Of a stretch of 64,000 nt of DNA, positions 50,901 through 62,870 are shown piece by piece (positions within the stretch are counted from its first letter, which is position 1; every line of letters starts with the position of its first letter). The notes below the pieces were generated by a model. The model worked only from the letters and a program-made list of their open reading frames with translations, had not been told where the DNA came from and searched no databases. The position numbers were made by a program, and so were the translations under genes. This DNA is from Camelus dromedarius (taxonomy: Eukaryota), in contig NC_087437.1 in assembly GCF_036321535.1 (NCBI RefSeq), positions 58,778,001 to 58,842,000 on the forward strand. Reading direction: 5' to 3'.

Positions 50901-52249
50901 CTCACTCCTCTGTGCCCTCAGCCAGACGCGTGGCAGTGAGACTAAGACGCCTCACCACTTGCTGAGCACCTGCTGTGGGTCAGCACCCTCCATAAGCCCT
51001 CCCACTTGATCCTCGGTCTCCTGCCGCATCACACAGGACCCTCCGTGGTGCTCTTGTCTTGCTGTGTTGCTGGTACTTCCCTGTGGGGTTGTTTCCCAGC
51101 TCATTCTACCCCCTCGTTAGACTGTAAGCTCCTCTGTAAGGCATCTCCAGACCCCAGCACGCAGCCTAGAACAGAGCGCAGCCACGGCTGGGAGGTGTCA
51201 GCGTCACTCCTCTTGATCTGGTTTTGAGCAGTTACCATTTGGGTGGAGGCAGGGGGTGATCAATAACCGACATTGAAATGTTTCAAATAAAGTTTGTAGA
51301 AAACACCCTGGGCATACTGCTGTGTTGATTTAAGAAAATCCTAGTTGCATCAGTAGCACGCTAAGAAGTATTACTGAGGTCAGCCAATTCCGGGACCCTA
51401 TGCACAGGAACTAACCTCACCCCTTTGTGTGTTAGTGTCTGTTACAAAGGGTGGCAGTTCCAGGCCTGCCCCTCAATGGACAGGGCCAGACAGGCCACAG
51501 TGACCATGCAGCCAGGAGCAGGAGTTAGTCTGTTCCACTCAACACACTGTCACTGAGCACCTGCTCTGTCCAGACTCTGGCAGGTGTTCTGCTGAACATA
51601 AAAATGAATTCAATGTCCGGTGCTCCTTGGTCACAGTATTGCAGGGCTGAGCGTGCACAATGCTCTAACGGCAGGAACCCTGCACAGCGATAGGGAGGTG
51701 ATTGACAGCAGGGGTCAGATCGCAGAGCACCTTAAGCTCCAGGGCAAAGGCTTTGGATTTTAGCATGTACGTAATGGAAGAGGAGGGAAACCAAAATGTA
51801 ATTTTGTGCCTGATGTGGGGTGACAACAGGGGCAGAGACGATGCAGCCCCTCCTGCAGCACTTACGGTCACGGTCACGGAGGGAGGCATCCGGATGTCCT
51901 GCGATGGCAATAATGTATTTAGGTGTCACAAGGGGCGCTTCCAGTCATCTAACCAACCCCACCTTCCCACCGTGGGGAGGGGGTTTAAAAGTTCAAAAGA
52001 CAAAGGGGCTGGGGCAGAGTGTTCTCAGTAGGAGACCCAGGACTACAAGTGTGAAGTCCCCGAGGTGACAGACAGCGTTACATGACAGAAATTCAGAAGG
52101 GGTGAAAATAGCTGTGGTTGCGGGGTAGGGTAGGGGGGTTGGGGGCTTGGGGAAGGAAGAGAAGCAATGCAACAGCCTGGTTTGCCAGAAACTAAGAACC
52201 CAGGACTTCCAGTGCGACATTCAGGGATTGGGTCACCCTAGGGGGCCGA

Positions 52250-52812
52250 GGCCATGTTCGAGGGCTGTTTATTAACTGTGCTAAGGATTTGAGGCTTTAT
52301 CTTAAGGGCAATAGTGAACAACTAGAGTTTTCAACAGGGATGTGATATATTCAGGGTTACATGTTTCAAAGTTCAATGTTGTTTGAAGGGGGTGGGGAAA
52401 GCAGGGTGGCCAGGTGGGAGCTGGGACGACCTGCCGGGAGGGAGTTTGCAGTATTTCAGGTGACAAATGATGGCATCTGGACCTGGGATGCTGGCAGTGG
52501 TGACAAGGGCCAGGGACAGATTTGAGATCTACGCAGGAAGTAAAAGCAGCAGGATCTAGGGACTGACTGCTGTGGAAGTCAGGGAAGGGGGTTGGGGCGG
52601 GCATGGGGGTTGCTGCTGTTCTCTGACGGGGATGGGGTTGCAGGAGGAGCAGCCTGGGGTGGTGTCAGGAGGAAGGGGTGGATGGGCTCAGAATCCAGTC
52701 TGTGGAGGCGAGGGGCCTGAGAGACATCACCGTGGTCATGTGCAGGAGGCAATTTGATGTCTGCGGCTGCAGTTCAGGAGAGAAGATCAGGGTGGATGTA
52801 AAACTGGGGGCA
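52250..52812 (-). mobile_element. L2 fragment
   Basis: TGCTAAGGATTTGAGGCTTTATCTTAAGGGCAATAG..GAGTTTTCAACAGGGATGTGA..GCAGGATCTAGGGACTGACTGCTGTG. Confidence 0.75.
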
Positions 52813-54491
52813 GCTGCACCTTTCAAATGCTCCCGGGAGTACATAAAACACCCCAAGAATGGAGAGGAAAGCCTGACTCAGAACTGTAAAGATAATGACA
52901 TTAATTAAGAATAAAATGAAAAAAACGCTGTTTTAAAAGTTCAAAATAATTTGACCTAGAATAACTTGAGTATTTAGTGAAATTGTCTTTTATGAATTTG
53001 TGTTTTAACAGGCACACACTCTTGTGTGTGTCTATATGGGGGGGTCAGTGTTTGATAAGCCTTCCGGATGCTCTTCAGATCACATGCTGCTCATCAATAA
53101 GTTTATCCTCACTGGACACAGCGTTAGGAGGGAGGTTCTAAGGATGGAACATGTGAAAGAACCTCTCTGATCACCACTCTGCTTAGAGAAATCCCCAAGT
53201 TGTGCTGCTTGGGCCCAGCAGTTTGTTTGTTTGTTTTTGTTTGTTTTGGAGCCAAATAATTTCCTAAGGGTGGCCATGCTCATTCCATCCCCCCTAGCTG
53301 GGCTGGAGACAAATCTGGGTGACAGATGCCATGGTGCCAGTGGGAGTCTTTTCCCTCTTCCAGCTTAGAACAGGTGCCTACCAAATCAAGCTTGCAACGC
53401 TCCGGTTCCGACTCTCGTACAATGAGAGCTCTCCCAGGAGGCTGCTGAGGCCCCGTCGCATGAACAGACTTCTGGTCGCCTGTTGCCACACATCCTGTGT
53501 ATTTCTAGCCGTGGACACTGCTTGGGCTCAAACTGGACCCAGCCCCATGACCTGGATGAGCATTCTGTTCTTAGACTGCTTCCTTCTCCCCTCAGTGTGT
53601 TCCATTTACAGTGGTCCTTGCTTTGTTACCCAGCCACCGGCTAAGACCCCTGCAGTACAGACGGGTGAGGGGTTGGCAGAGACAAACTAGGGACCATCTG
53701 CTACAATTCAAGTCCCAAGTGCAACTTGAAAGACCCCCTGGAGTGCCCTCCCTCCCACCTACCTCAGCCTTTAGCCCCCTCCCCCAAGGAAATTAGATTC
53801 TGTTTTTCCATTTTATGATGAGTTAAGGAGGAATTCAACAAAGGAACATTTAAGCTACCTACAGTCACGTAACTTGTAACTCGTCTATGGAGAGAGATTT
53901 ATCCACCCATGGCAATGTCTCCAGGGAAGTCTGGGAAACCTTCTTGTTAAAATATACTAAGTCTTAGAGAAGCTATCTTTGGCCTGGATAGCCCAACTCT
54001 GCTGTTCTATTTGTCATCCTTTTAAATTCCTGAATTGTAACTCAGAGTGGGCTGTTTTTAAAAGAGGAGTGATGACAAGTGAAGGCGCACACCCAGTTTA
54101 TGAGAGAGCGGAGGGAAAGTAACTGCTGCAGGAGGAGCCAGCCGAGGCAGCAGCTGACCCCGAGGGCAGTGGAGATGCTGTGACCCAGCTCGGCCTGAGC
54201 AGCCTGCAAGGAGTCCCAGGGAGTGGCTCAGCCTGCTCTGGGACGATCCTACTCTCAGTCCCACCAGTGCCCCTCTGTCATGGGTGCCACTGCCACACTG
54301 GGCACTAACGTCCTTGTCCAAGAAGTGTAGGAAAGTGGGGAGGCAGAGAGGAGCATCTGTTCTCAGGCACCCATCTGTGGGGCACTGCAGAGTCTGCCGA
54401 TCTTGGGCAGCAGTAGCACGTGGCGGGAGGGGCACAAACATGCAGCCTTGCCCTGCCCTGGAGACTGCCATCATTGTCCAAGCCCTGACAG

Positions 54492-54712
54492 CAGGGCTAG
54501 CCAACAGAACTTTCTGCAGTGCTGGACATGTTCCGTATCTGTGCTGCCTGTCCAGTGGGATGGCCATTTAGCCATCTGTGACTACTGAGCCCTCGAAAGG
54601 TGGCTGGTGTGATGATGGACTGAATTTAAAAATTTTTTTAAATTCCAATTCATTTAAATTTACATTTACATAGCCATGTGTGGCTAATGGCTACCATATT
54701 GGGCAATGTGGC
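54492..54712. mobile_element. MER3-like hAT MITE
   Basis: CCAACAGAACTTTCTGCAGTGCTGGACATGTTCCGTATCTGTGCTG..ATAGCCATGTGTGGCTAATGGCTACCATATTGG. Confidence 0.88.
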
Positions 54713-55209
54713 CCTGGACGATGCCTTGCTCTCCTGGGCTCTGTCCTCTCAGTCAAGCATTGCTAGTGATGGCCTGAATTCCTTGAGGGGCCAGAAGAGT
54801 GGTTTGTGAGTAAGTAGAGAAAAACACCTGTCCCTGTATCATGCTCTGTTTTAGGGGTTCCAGGGAGTGCTGCATCTGCCTTTCTTGTTTAAACTAGCTC
54901 TTTGCATTGAGTTACAGTTCCTAAGTTTCCACTGAGTCTGTGAGTCCAGCAGAGTCTGGGTTGGGATGTAGTTCAGAGACCTGTGACTAAAGCCTTCTCA
55001 CTGCACAGACTCCTCAGCCCTGGGTCCTCTCTGCTCAGCAGGCATCCTCACCCAGCAGCCCCTCAGCAGCCTGCTATTCCCCTCCTCCCAGGCCAGAAAG
55101 CCAGCTCCTTCCTTCAAGAAGCTCACAGACTCCTGAGAAAACACAGACATTGCTTGGCCAAAGTGGAAGTAAAACAAGTGAAGAGACCAGGGCAGCAGTG
55201 GAGAGAGCC

Positions 55210-55385
55210 GTGGTCCTCAACGTGGCCTCATCCAACCAGTAGAATCAGCATCCATTGGAAATGTGTTAGAAACACAGATGCTCAGGTCCAGACTGTTGAA
55301 TCAGAAATTCCTGGGGAGGAGCCCAGCAAGCTGTGTTCTAAGGCACACTCTTCACTCAGAAGCCCTCAGAGTGTGAGAACTGCGG
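55210..55385. mobile_element. MER5A/B remnant
   Basis: ATCAGCATCCATTGGAAATGTGTTAGAAACACAGAT..TGAATCAGAAATTCCTGGGG..GCCCAGCAAGCTGTGTT..AGTGTGAGAACTGC. Confidence 0.8.
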
Positions 55386-55649
55386 GGTGGGGATGGGTGC
55401 GGCAGAGGGAATAGGGCTGACTTCTCAGAAGAGCCCGGAAAGAGCTTGCCCTGGCCCTGCAGAGGAGCGGAGGGCAGGTGGGGAAGGAGGGCATGCCCGG
55501 GCACAGACCTGCGCTGCATCCTGCAACTGCGTCCGAGCTCCCCACGCCTTCTGATGCGTGTTTCATAATCTTGGAATCATCATTTTACGGATGTTACACT
55601 GTTTAGAAAAATGGTAAAGTATTCTCTAGAGTCAAATCAAATGGCTTTT

Positions 55650-55941
55650 AATTAATTAATTAATTTTTATTGAAGTATTGTCAGTTCACAATGTTGCGTC
55701 AATTTCTGGTGTCCAGCGAAATATTTCAGTCATATATATGTATACATACATTCGTTTTCATATTCTGTTTCATTACCGGTTACTACAAGACATTGAATAT
55801 CGTTCCCTGTGCTCTACAGCAGAAATTTGTTGTTTATCTGTTTTCTATATAGTAGTTAGAGTATCTGCAATTCTCGAACTCCGAGTTCATGCCTTCCCAC
55901 AGCCTTTTAGATTTCACATATATGTGATATCATATGGTATA
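55650..55941 (-). mobile_element. Young L1 3' end with an internal deletion
   Basis: Reverse-complement match to the L1 3' UTR at 63650-64000; TSD AAATGGCTTTT at 55639-55649 and 55942-55952. Confidence 0.92.
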
Positions 55942-56374
55942 AAATGGCTTTTTAAAAAAGAGTTCTTGATTGTACTTAATTTTGTGTTCTAAATTTAAGT
56001 AAAGATTTTCTTTGTGCGAATTTTTTAAAGTTTACCAAATCTACCTTGATGAAGTCATCCAACCGCTTTCCTCTGACTCCTTTAAAGAAGTCATATAACT
56101 TTTATCACAAAACATCTGTTCAAAGAAATCAAAGATGGATAGCTAAGACACTGCTTGGTTAATAATTCTTTTCTCTTGGACATTTATTTCTCTGTCAACT
56201 TTATTTCCCCTGCAGTCCACCTACCCATACTTTTTCCTCCAACCCCCTCACATACTTTCTGGCTTTGAGCCAGGAAACCAGGTAACCAACTTGTTAGAAC
56301 TGTACAAAGGTAAGGATGAAGACCTAAGCAAGAGACTTTCTGCCTTAAGTGTGCTTTCATGCATGGGCGCTTCT

Positions 56375-56860
56375 CTGAAATTTCATGGTTTAGTGGAAAA
56401 AGCACTGGTTTACAGTCAGATAAATTAAGGTTCAATCCTAGCTCCACCTCTCACTCACTAGTCATTAAACTCTTAACTCTGTGTTTCCCCCCTTCTGTGA
56501 CTGTAACATGGGACAAAGGATGTGTCATGGGGGTGAAATGAAACAACCACGTGTGAAGTAGCTGGCACTTCATAAACACTTTTGTTTCCACCTTCCTTTC
56601 CTTCTTCCAGGATAACCGTGGCGTGTGAAGGACTCAGGCTCTGAACCAGGCTAGTCTGAGTCCAACACAGCAATATATGTTGATCTTGGGTGAATTACTG
56701 AACTGCTCCTTGTCCCAGGCTCCTCACCCTTGGATGGGTGTGATGAAAATAATCCCCATCTCACTGGGTGGTCCTGAGGATTAGAAATCTGGACACACAC
56801 TAGGTTCATAGACGAGTGCCCGGAGAGATCAGAGCAAGCACTCAGTGTAGGTTAGCTAGC
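56375..56860 (+). mobile_element. Two MIR copies
   Basis: TGGTTTAGTGGAAAAAGCACTGG..GGTTCAATCCTAGCTCCACC; GATCTTGGGTGAATTACTGAAC..GTCCTGAGGATTAGA. Confidence 0.75.
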
Positions 56861-57884
56861 GTCCTGGATGTTAGGATTGTCCTCAGTCCTTGACTCCTGT
56901 GCACAGGGGACGGCCAGGGCGGTGACCTGCGGGTGAGGAAGACCTTCCCGTGCACTGAGACTCTCACAGGCTCAATCAGCTTCTTGGTACCACGAAACTC
57001 TTTCCATGAAATAAAGACTCATGTTCCCTCCAGAACCTCTTTCTCGTTCCTCGATTCTTAAAAACTATGTTCCGATGGGTTTTGATGGTTCACTTGATCT
57101 CTGTCACATGACAGCCATTTCCCTACCAATTCCAGGAGATGATTTGGAGAAATATTTTTTAGGGAAAGGGGACCAGATTGATCAATTAATTAATTCTCCA
57201 CTGTGTTTCATAAAAGATTTAGGATGACAAAACCGAAGAGTCAAATTTTAGCTAGTCCTCTATTTTTCTTTTTAGATTGTTACCTCTGATCCCTCAAAAA
57301 ACTGCTTGACTCGGTCAAATCACTAAATTAAATAACCCAAACTTTGGTCGAGTGATTTTGTAAGTATAGATGCTATTCTGAATGAAATCCTGCCTTTAGA
57401 CTGGGGTTTGGGCTCTTTTGACAGAGAATTGCGGGGGGGTGTAGATAGACTTCTGCTTAGAGGAACCTGGATTACTTTTCTCACCATGGAATTACCTGAG
57501 ATGGAAATCCAAGACTTCTCTGCAGAAGTGAATGTTCTCCATTTATGAGCGTTTGCTCAGGAATAGGAAAAAACCCAACGCTTCACCTTGGAGCTCTAGG
57601 TCCTCTTGTCTCGTGTTTTATTAGTTCATCCCAATCTTGTTTTTTTCCCTTCCTCCAAACCAAGCAATGTGGCTTACTCATTTCTTGCTTCTTTACAGAG
57701 TGCAGATAATCACACCTGCAGATCCGCCCACCCCTGCAGGACCCTTCCCAGGACAAACCCACCTCCCCAAAGCTGTCCTGCCCCAGGCCTCTGCTCCGTT
57801 CTGCCTGATATGGTCTTTGAGTTACTCATCTATTATATTTGTAAAACATCCTACTGATTTTTCAAAACAGAGTTCTCTCTGGGA

Positions 57885-58050
57885 GCTTCCCAACCCTGCC
57901 TGTACACTAGAGCAACCCGGGGCCAGGGAGGCTCTTAATAAATGCAGGGACCGGGGCTCAATGGCCACAGTGATTGAACCAGATTCTGGAAGGGTGGGGC
58001 CCAGGCATCTGCATTTTTCAAAGCTCCCAAAGTACAGCTGGAACTGAGAC
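57885..58050. mobile_element. MER5A remnant
   Basis: TTGAACCAGATTCTGGAAGGGTGGGGCCCAGGCATCTGCATTTTTCAAAGCTCCC. Confidence 0.75.
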
Positions 58051-58254
58051 TCACTCCTCCAAATGGACGGAGCCTCAGTGAGCCTTTGTGACCTGCAAGT
58101 GGCCCCCTGGTGTGTGAGGAACCCTGCAGGGAGTCACAGAGACAGCAAGCCACATGGGGTGGTGGAGTGGCAGTGGTTCCTAAGCACAGAGTGTTGAAAA
58201 GAGCCTCTCACCTTGCCTCACACGATCTGAAAATGCCAAACAAGTGTCTAGCTT

Positions 58255-58795
58255 CTTTTAAATTTTTTTTGCTATTATGGTAAAATGTACATAACATAAA
58301 ATTTACCATTTTAACCATTTTCAAGTGAACAGTTCAGTGTCATTAAGCACATTCACATTGTCGTGCAACCATCACCACTGTCCCTCTCCAGAACTTTTTC
58401 ATCTTCCCCAACTGAAACACTGTATTCATTAAACACTAACTCCCCATTTCCCCTGTCCCCAGCCCCTGGCAACCACAAACTCGACTCTGTCTCTATGAAG
58501 TCTAGGCACGTCATACAACTGGAATTACACAATTTTTGCCCTTTAGCGTCTGTTTCTATTTTGTAAGTTCATTTGTGTCTATTTTTTTTAAGATTCCACA
58601 TATAAGTGATATCATATTCATTCATTTTTTAAGTCTGAATAATATTCCATTGTATTGTACCACATCTTGTTTACCTATTCATCTGTCGCTGGATATTTGG
58701 GTTGTTTCTACCTTTGGGCTGTTGTAAATAATGTTGCTATGAACCCTGGTGTATATAAAGATATCTATTTAAGTCCCTGCTTTCAGTTTTGGGGG
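58255..58795 (-). mobile_element. L1MB-like 3' end (composite)
   Basis: ACATAACATAAAATTTACCATTTTAACCATTTTCAAGTGAACAGTTCAGTG; CCCAGCCCCTGGCAACCAC. Confidence 0.9.
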
Positions 58796-59504
58796 GTAAC
58801 TTTACAACTAATTCTGTAAAGTTACCCAGGGTTTCTCCCCCATGAACTGAAAAAAAATCAGAGTTCAACGTCTACCAAGGGATAAGGTGTTATTTAGGTC
58901 AAGTGGCAGATGGAAGGCAGGCAGGATGCAAGGGCATTGGTGGAGATGTTTCCTTAGTAAAGTCTAGGGAAAAAGAACTAGGAAAGTGACTCTGGCTGAC
59001 AGTTGAGATGAGGGCCTTGGTCATGGACTGTGAGAGCGTCCCAGGTGTCACTGAGTGCAGAGACCCCAAACTGGTGGGTCTTGGGCTGGGTCTTGTCTGC
59101 ACCTGTGTAAGTGCAGGCTGCACAATTTTATTCATTTTAAAAATCGAGATTTCATGTTTCTCTTAAAAATCTGAAGTAACACTGCCCACATTCCATCCAA
59201 ACAGCAAATGGCCAGAGGTAATTAGCAGCTGCCCCCTCTGGACAGGACACGCACTCTCTGTGCAGCCAGAGTCCCCACCCCTCTCCATGGTGAACCTGGC
59301 CAAGTCATTCATTCGTATTTCCTTCCTGGCTTCTGAGAGTATTTGCATTTATTATCTGTGATCTAATCCAAAGCGCCCAGAGCACAGGTGAAAACCCAGA
59401 GAGCCATGTGGTTCAGTAACTCAGCCAAGATGACGTGGTAACTGGGCCCAGAACTGGAAGTAGCACCCATATCACATGACTCCCCACCCTGAGCACTTTA
59501 TGTT

Positions 59505-60680
59505 TTTGGTCTTATTGATGTATAATTGATGTATGATAAATTGCACACATTTAAAGCATACAGTTTGATTTGTTGTGAACTACATATGCACATGTGAAAC
59601 CCTCACTGAAATAAAGATTATGAACATGTCTATTACTCCTCGAAGTTTCCTTGGGCTCCTTTGTAATTCCTGCCTCCTCTCCTCTGCCCACATCCCTTCT
59701 ACCCGACCCCAGAGTCTCTGGGCAATCACTGATCCACTTTCTGTTACCATAGATTAGTTTGCATGTTCTACGATTTTATATAAATGGAATCATACAGTAT
59801 GTACTCTTTTTGTCTGGCTTCTTACCCTCAGCATAATTATTTTGAGATTCCTTGATACTGTTATGTGTATAAATAGTTCATTTTATTTTACTTCTATATA
59901 GTATTCAGTTGGATGACTATCCCACAATTTTTAATTCAATCATCCACTGATGGACATTTGCGTTATTTCCAGTTCTTGGCTATTACAGGTAAAGCTGCTA
60001 TGAACATTCTTGTCCAAGTGTTTGTCTGAACATACGCTTTTATTTCTTTGAAAAATACCTAAGAACAGAATGTCTTAATCACATGAGAGGTATGTTTTTA
60101 ACTCTTTAAAATAAGCTGTCAAACTGTTTTCCAAAGCAGTTCTACCATTTTGCATTCCCATCAGGAGTGTGTGTCGCAGTTGCTCCAGATCCTCACCAGC
60201 ACTGAGGATCCAGCGATTCTGGTGGGAGACTAAGGATGTTTCACTATGGTTTTATTTTGCATTTTCCTAGTGACTGGTGATGTTGAGCAATTTTTTCATG
60301 TGCTTACTTGCCATCCAAATATTTTCTTTGATAAAATGTCTATTCAAATCTTTTGCCCATTTAAAAAATTAGGCTATTTGCCTTCTTCTCAATGAGTTGG
60401 AAAAATTCTTTATTATATTCTAGACATAAGTCCTTTATCAGATATATATTCTGCAAAAATACTCTTCCACTTGCATTTTCAATTTTCTAGTAGTATTTTT
60501 TGAACAGCAAAAGTCTTTATTTTGATGAAGTCCTGTTTACTTTTTAAAAACTTTACAGTTCATACTTATCGTATCAAATTTAAGAAATCTTTGTCAAATC
60601 TAAGATCACTAAGATTTCTTCTGTGTTTCTTTCTAGAAGTTCTAGAATGTTTGCTATTACATTTAGGCCAATGATTAGCA
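59505..60680 (-). mobile_element. L1MB/MC-like 3' region
   Basis: TTATTGATGTATAATTGATGTATGATAAATTGCACACATTTAAAG; TATATAAATGGAATCATACAGTATGTACTCTTTT; TGATGTTGAGCAATTTTTTCATGTGCTTA. Confidence 0.9.
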
Positions 60681-60952
60681 TACGTGAAAACTGAATGACT
60701 TGGCCGAGGTGACATGGTGAGTCAGACCCCAAACCATCTCCATGTCACATAGGTCCTTGTCCTGAACACTTATTTTTTATGGATTTTTGGATCTAGTTTC
60801 AGAATTGAGTTAATCATATTTCTTCATTCATAAGTGCACCAGCACCAGTAGTCCAAGACAAGTCTCCTATTTTTAATTACATTTTGCTGTTTTTACTGCA
60901 TTGTTTATTTCTTATATCTCTGAGCCAAAGCCTATAATTTTATATTTTGCTC

Positions 60953-61618
60953 TGTAATACTGGGGCTTAACCTCTAACTTCATTTCCCAGACCTCTTTGT
61001 CAACTGGCTTCCTGGCAGTGTCTGCCAATGGGACACACAGGCTGGAGTTAGAAAGGCAGGAGGAACAGAAGAGCTGTCTTTCAGTTTTCTGGCTTCTGTC
61101 AGCATTCCTCCAGGAGCAGAGGAGAGCCACAGCTCCATCCCCAGCCTCCTTCAACACTCCCAGCACTGGCCATCAGCACCAGATGAGCCCCTACCCCAGA
61201 GGTCTGAGCACCACAGCAGCCAGGGCTTCCCGCCTTTGAACTCCTAGGTCTGACAACACCATCTCTTCCCTTTCATTCCACCAGCCTTAGCTGTGATCAG
61301 TTTTCAGTTACCTCTGTGTTCCCTTTCTCATCTATCTGCCTTCCAATACCCTTGTACTCAATTCCCTGTATTAAGTCCTGTTTGGGAGGAAGGGTATAAC
61401 TCAGTGGTAAGAGTGCCTGCTTAGCAGGCACGAGGTCCTGGGTTCAACCCCCAGTAACTCCATAAAATAAACAAACAAACAAACCTAATTACCTCCCCTA
61501 CCAAAAAAATAAAATAAAAATTGTTTTAAAATAATCAATCAATCAATCAATTAATCCTCTCTGTTTAAAATATCTAGCACGTTTTCTGTTTTCCCAGTTG
61601 GACACTGATTGATATATC
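60953..61618 (+). mobile_element. ERVL LTR (LTR33-like) interrupted by a SINE
   Basis: CATTTCCCAGACCTCTTTGTCAACTGGCTTCCTG..TCTGCCAATGGGACACACAGGCTGGAG; ends TTTCTGTTTTCCCAGTTGGACACTGATTGATATA. Confidence 0.75.
61384..61550 (+). mobile_element. tRNA-derived SINE (camelid Vic-1-like), long form
   Basis: GGGTATAACTCAGTGGTAAGAGTGCCTGCTTAGCAGGCACGAGGTCCTGGGTTCAACCCCCAGTA, then A-rich, AACCTAATTACCTCCCC, and an A-rich/(AATC)n tail. Confidence 0.92.
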
Positions 61619-61619
61619 C

Positions 61620-62870
61620 CCATTTCTTGCTGCTGCATAGGCACTTAATTTAGTGTGTTTTGTGTAAACCCTTGGATATGAATACATCCTTGCAAAATAT
61701 GATTTTCTTCTGTTGTGGTTTTGATTTATATAAATGCTGTTGTACTGTATATGTCTTTCTGTTTTCTTTCACTCAAAACCATTTTGCTAAGATTTACTCA
61801 GGCTGGAGTCCTACTTCTAGTTCACTGTTTCTGATGACTGCATAATATTCCATGGCATGTATCCACCCGATTTCATTTATCCATTCCCTGAGAGATGGTC
61901 TCTGAGATCATCGCCAACTCCCTGCTACCACAAACAACACAGCTCTGACTTGCGCAGGCGCTTCTGTGACATTTACTCCTGGAGCGAGAGCTGGCCAGGC
62001 AGCACCTGCTTTCTCCAGTTAAGTACATACTGTACATGAAGTTCGCTGTCTGGAATGGCAGACTCACAATGCTTGTGGGTGCCTATTTCCTCACATTTTT
62101 ACCAGTATTTATCATTTTTGCAAATTTAGTGAGTATAAATACAATTTTGTGATTTTACTTTGCATTTCTTTGATTATTAGTGAGGTTGGGCAACTCTTTG
62201 TGCACTTGTTCATCTTAAAATTTCCCCTGTTCAACTTGCTTACACATAGCCTTTGACCATTTTTCCACTGAATTTCCCATCTTTTTCTTTTTAGTCTACA
62301 GAAGTTCCTTGTTTATTCTATTTAACCCCATTAGCTCAAGGCATTGCAAACATCTTCTCTTCATCTGTTGTCCTTCTTTAATCTTCATCTAATGTATCCT
62401 TTGCTGAACACAAAAATTTAAAATTGCTGTAGGAGGAGAGGCTATAGCTTGGTGGTAGAGTGCATGCCTAGCATGCTCAAGGTCCTGGGTTCAATCCCCA
62501 GTACTTCCGTTAAAATAAATAAATAAAAATAAACTGAATTGCCTCATCCCCCCCAAAGAAAAATTAAAAATTAAAATAAATTTAAAAATAAAATACAATA
62601 AAATTGCTGTAGCCAAAACCATCAATATTTTGCCCTGATATTTGTGCTTCTGGATTCTTCTTTAAGAGTCTCCACCCCAGAGTCACAAATATACTCTCTT
62701 AACCTTTTATTCTGTGGTTTTTTTTATAGCTTTATAATATTACCTTTCCCATGTGGATCTTTAATCCATCTAAAATTCACCTTTTACATAGTATAAAATA
62801 GACATTTAAATGGTATAAAACAGAAATTCTACCTTAATTTATCTTCAAAAGTGGCCCATATTCTCAACCC
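61620..62870 (-). mobile_element. Old L1ME-like fragment interrupted by a SINE
   Basis: TGACTGCATAATATTCCAT, TTTGCATTTCTTTGATTATTAGTGAGGTTGGGCA, TTGCAAACATCTTCTC, ATCTTTAATCCATCT. Confidence 0.75.
62433..62598 (+). mobile_element. tRNA-derived SINE (camelid Vic-1-like), long form
   Basis: TATAGCTTGGTGGTAGAGTGCATGCCTAGCATGCTCAAGGTCCTGGGTTCAATCCCCAGTAC; perfect 14-bp TSD TAAAATTGCTGTAG at 62419-62432 and 62599-62612. Confidence 0.95.

Noticed and set aside
59226..59243. CTCF-like GCTGCCCCCTCTGGAC (also weaker candidates near 7685, 31690 and 46425)
   Set aside because: Only half of the core matches in the correct register; cannot be supported without a matrix scan.
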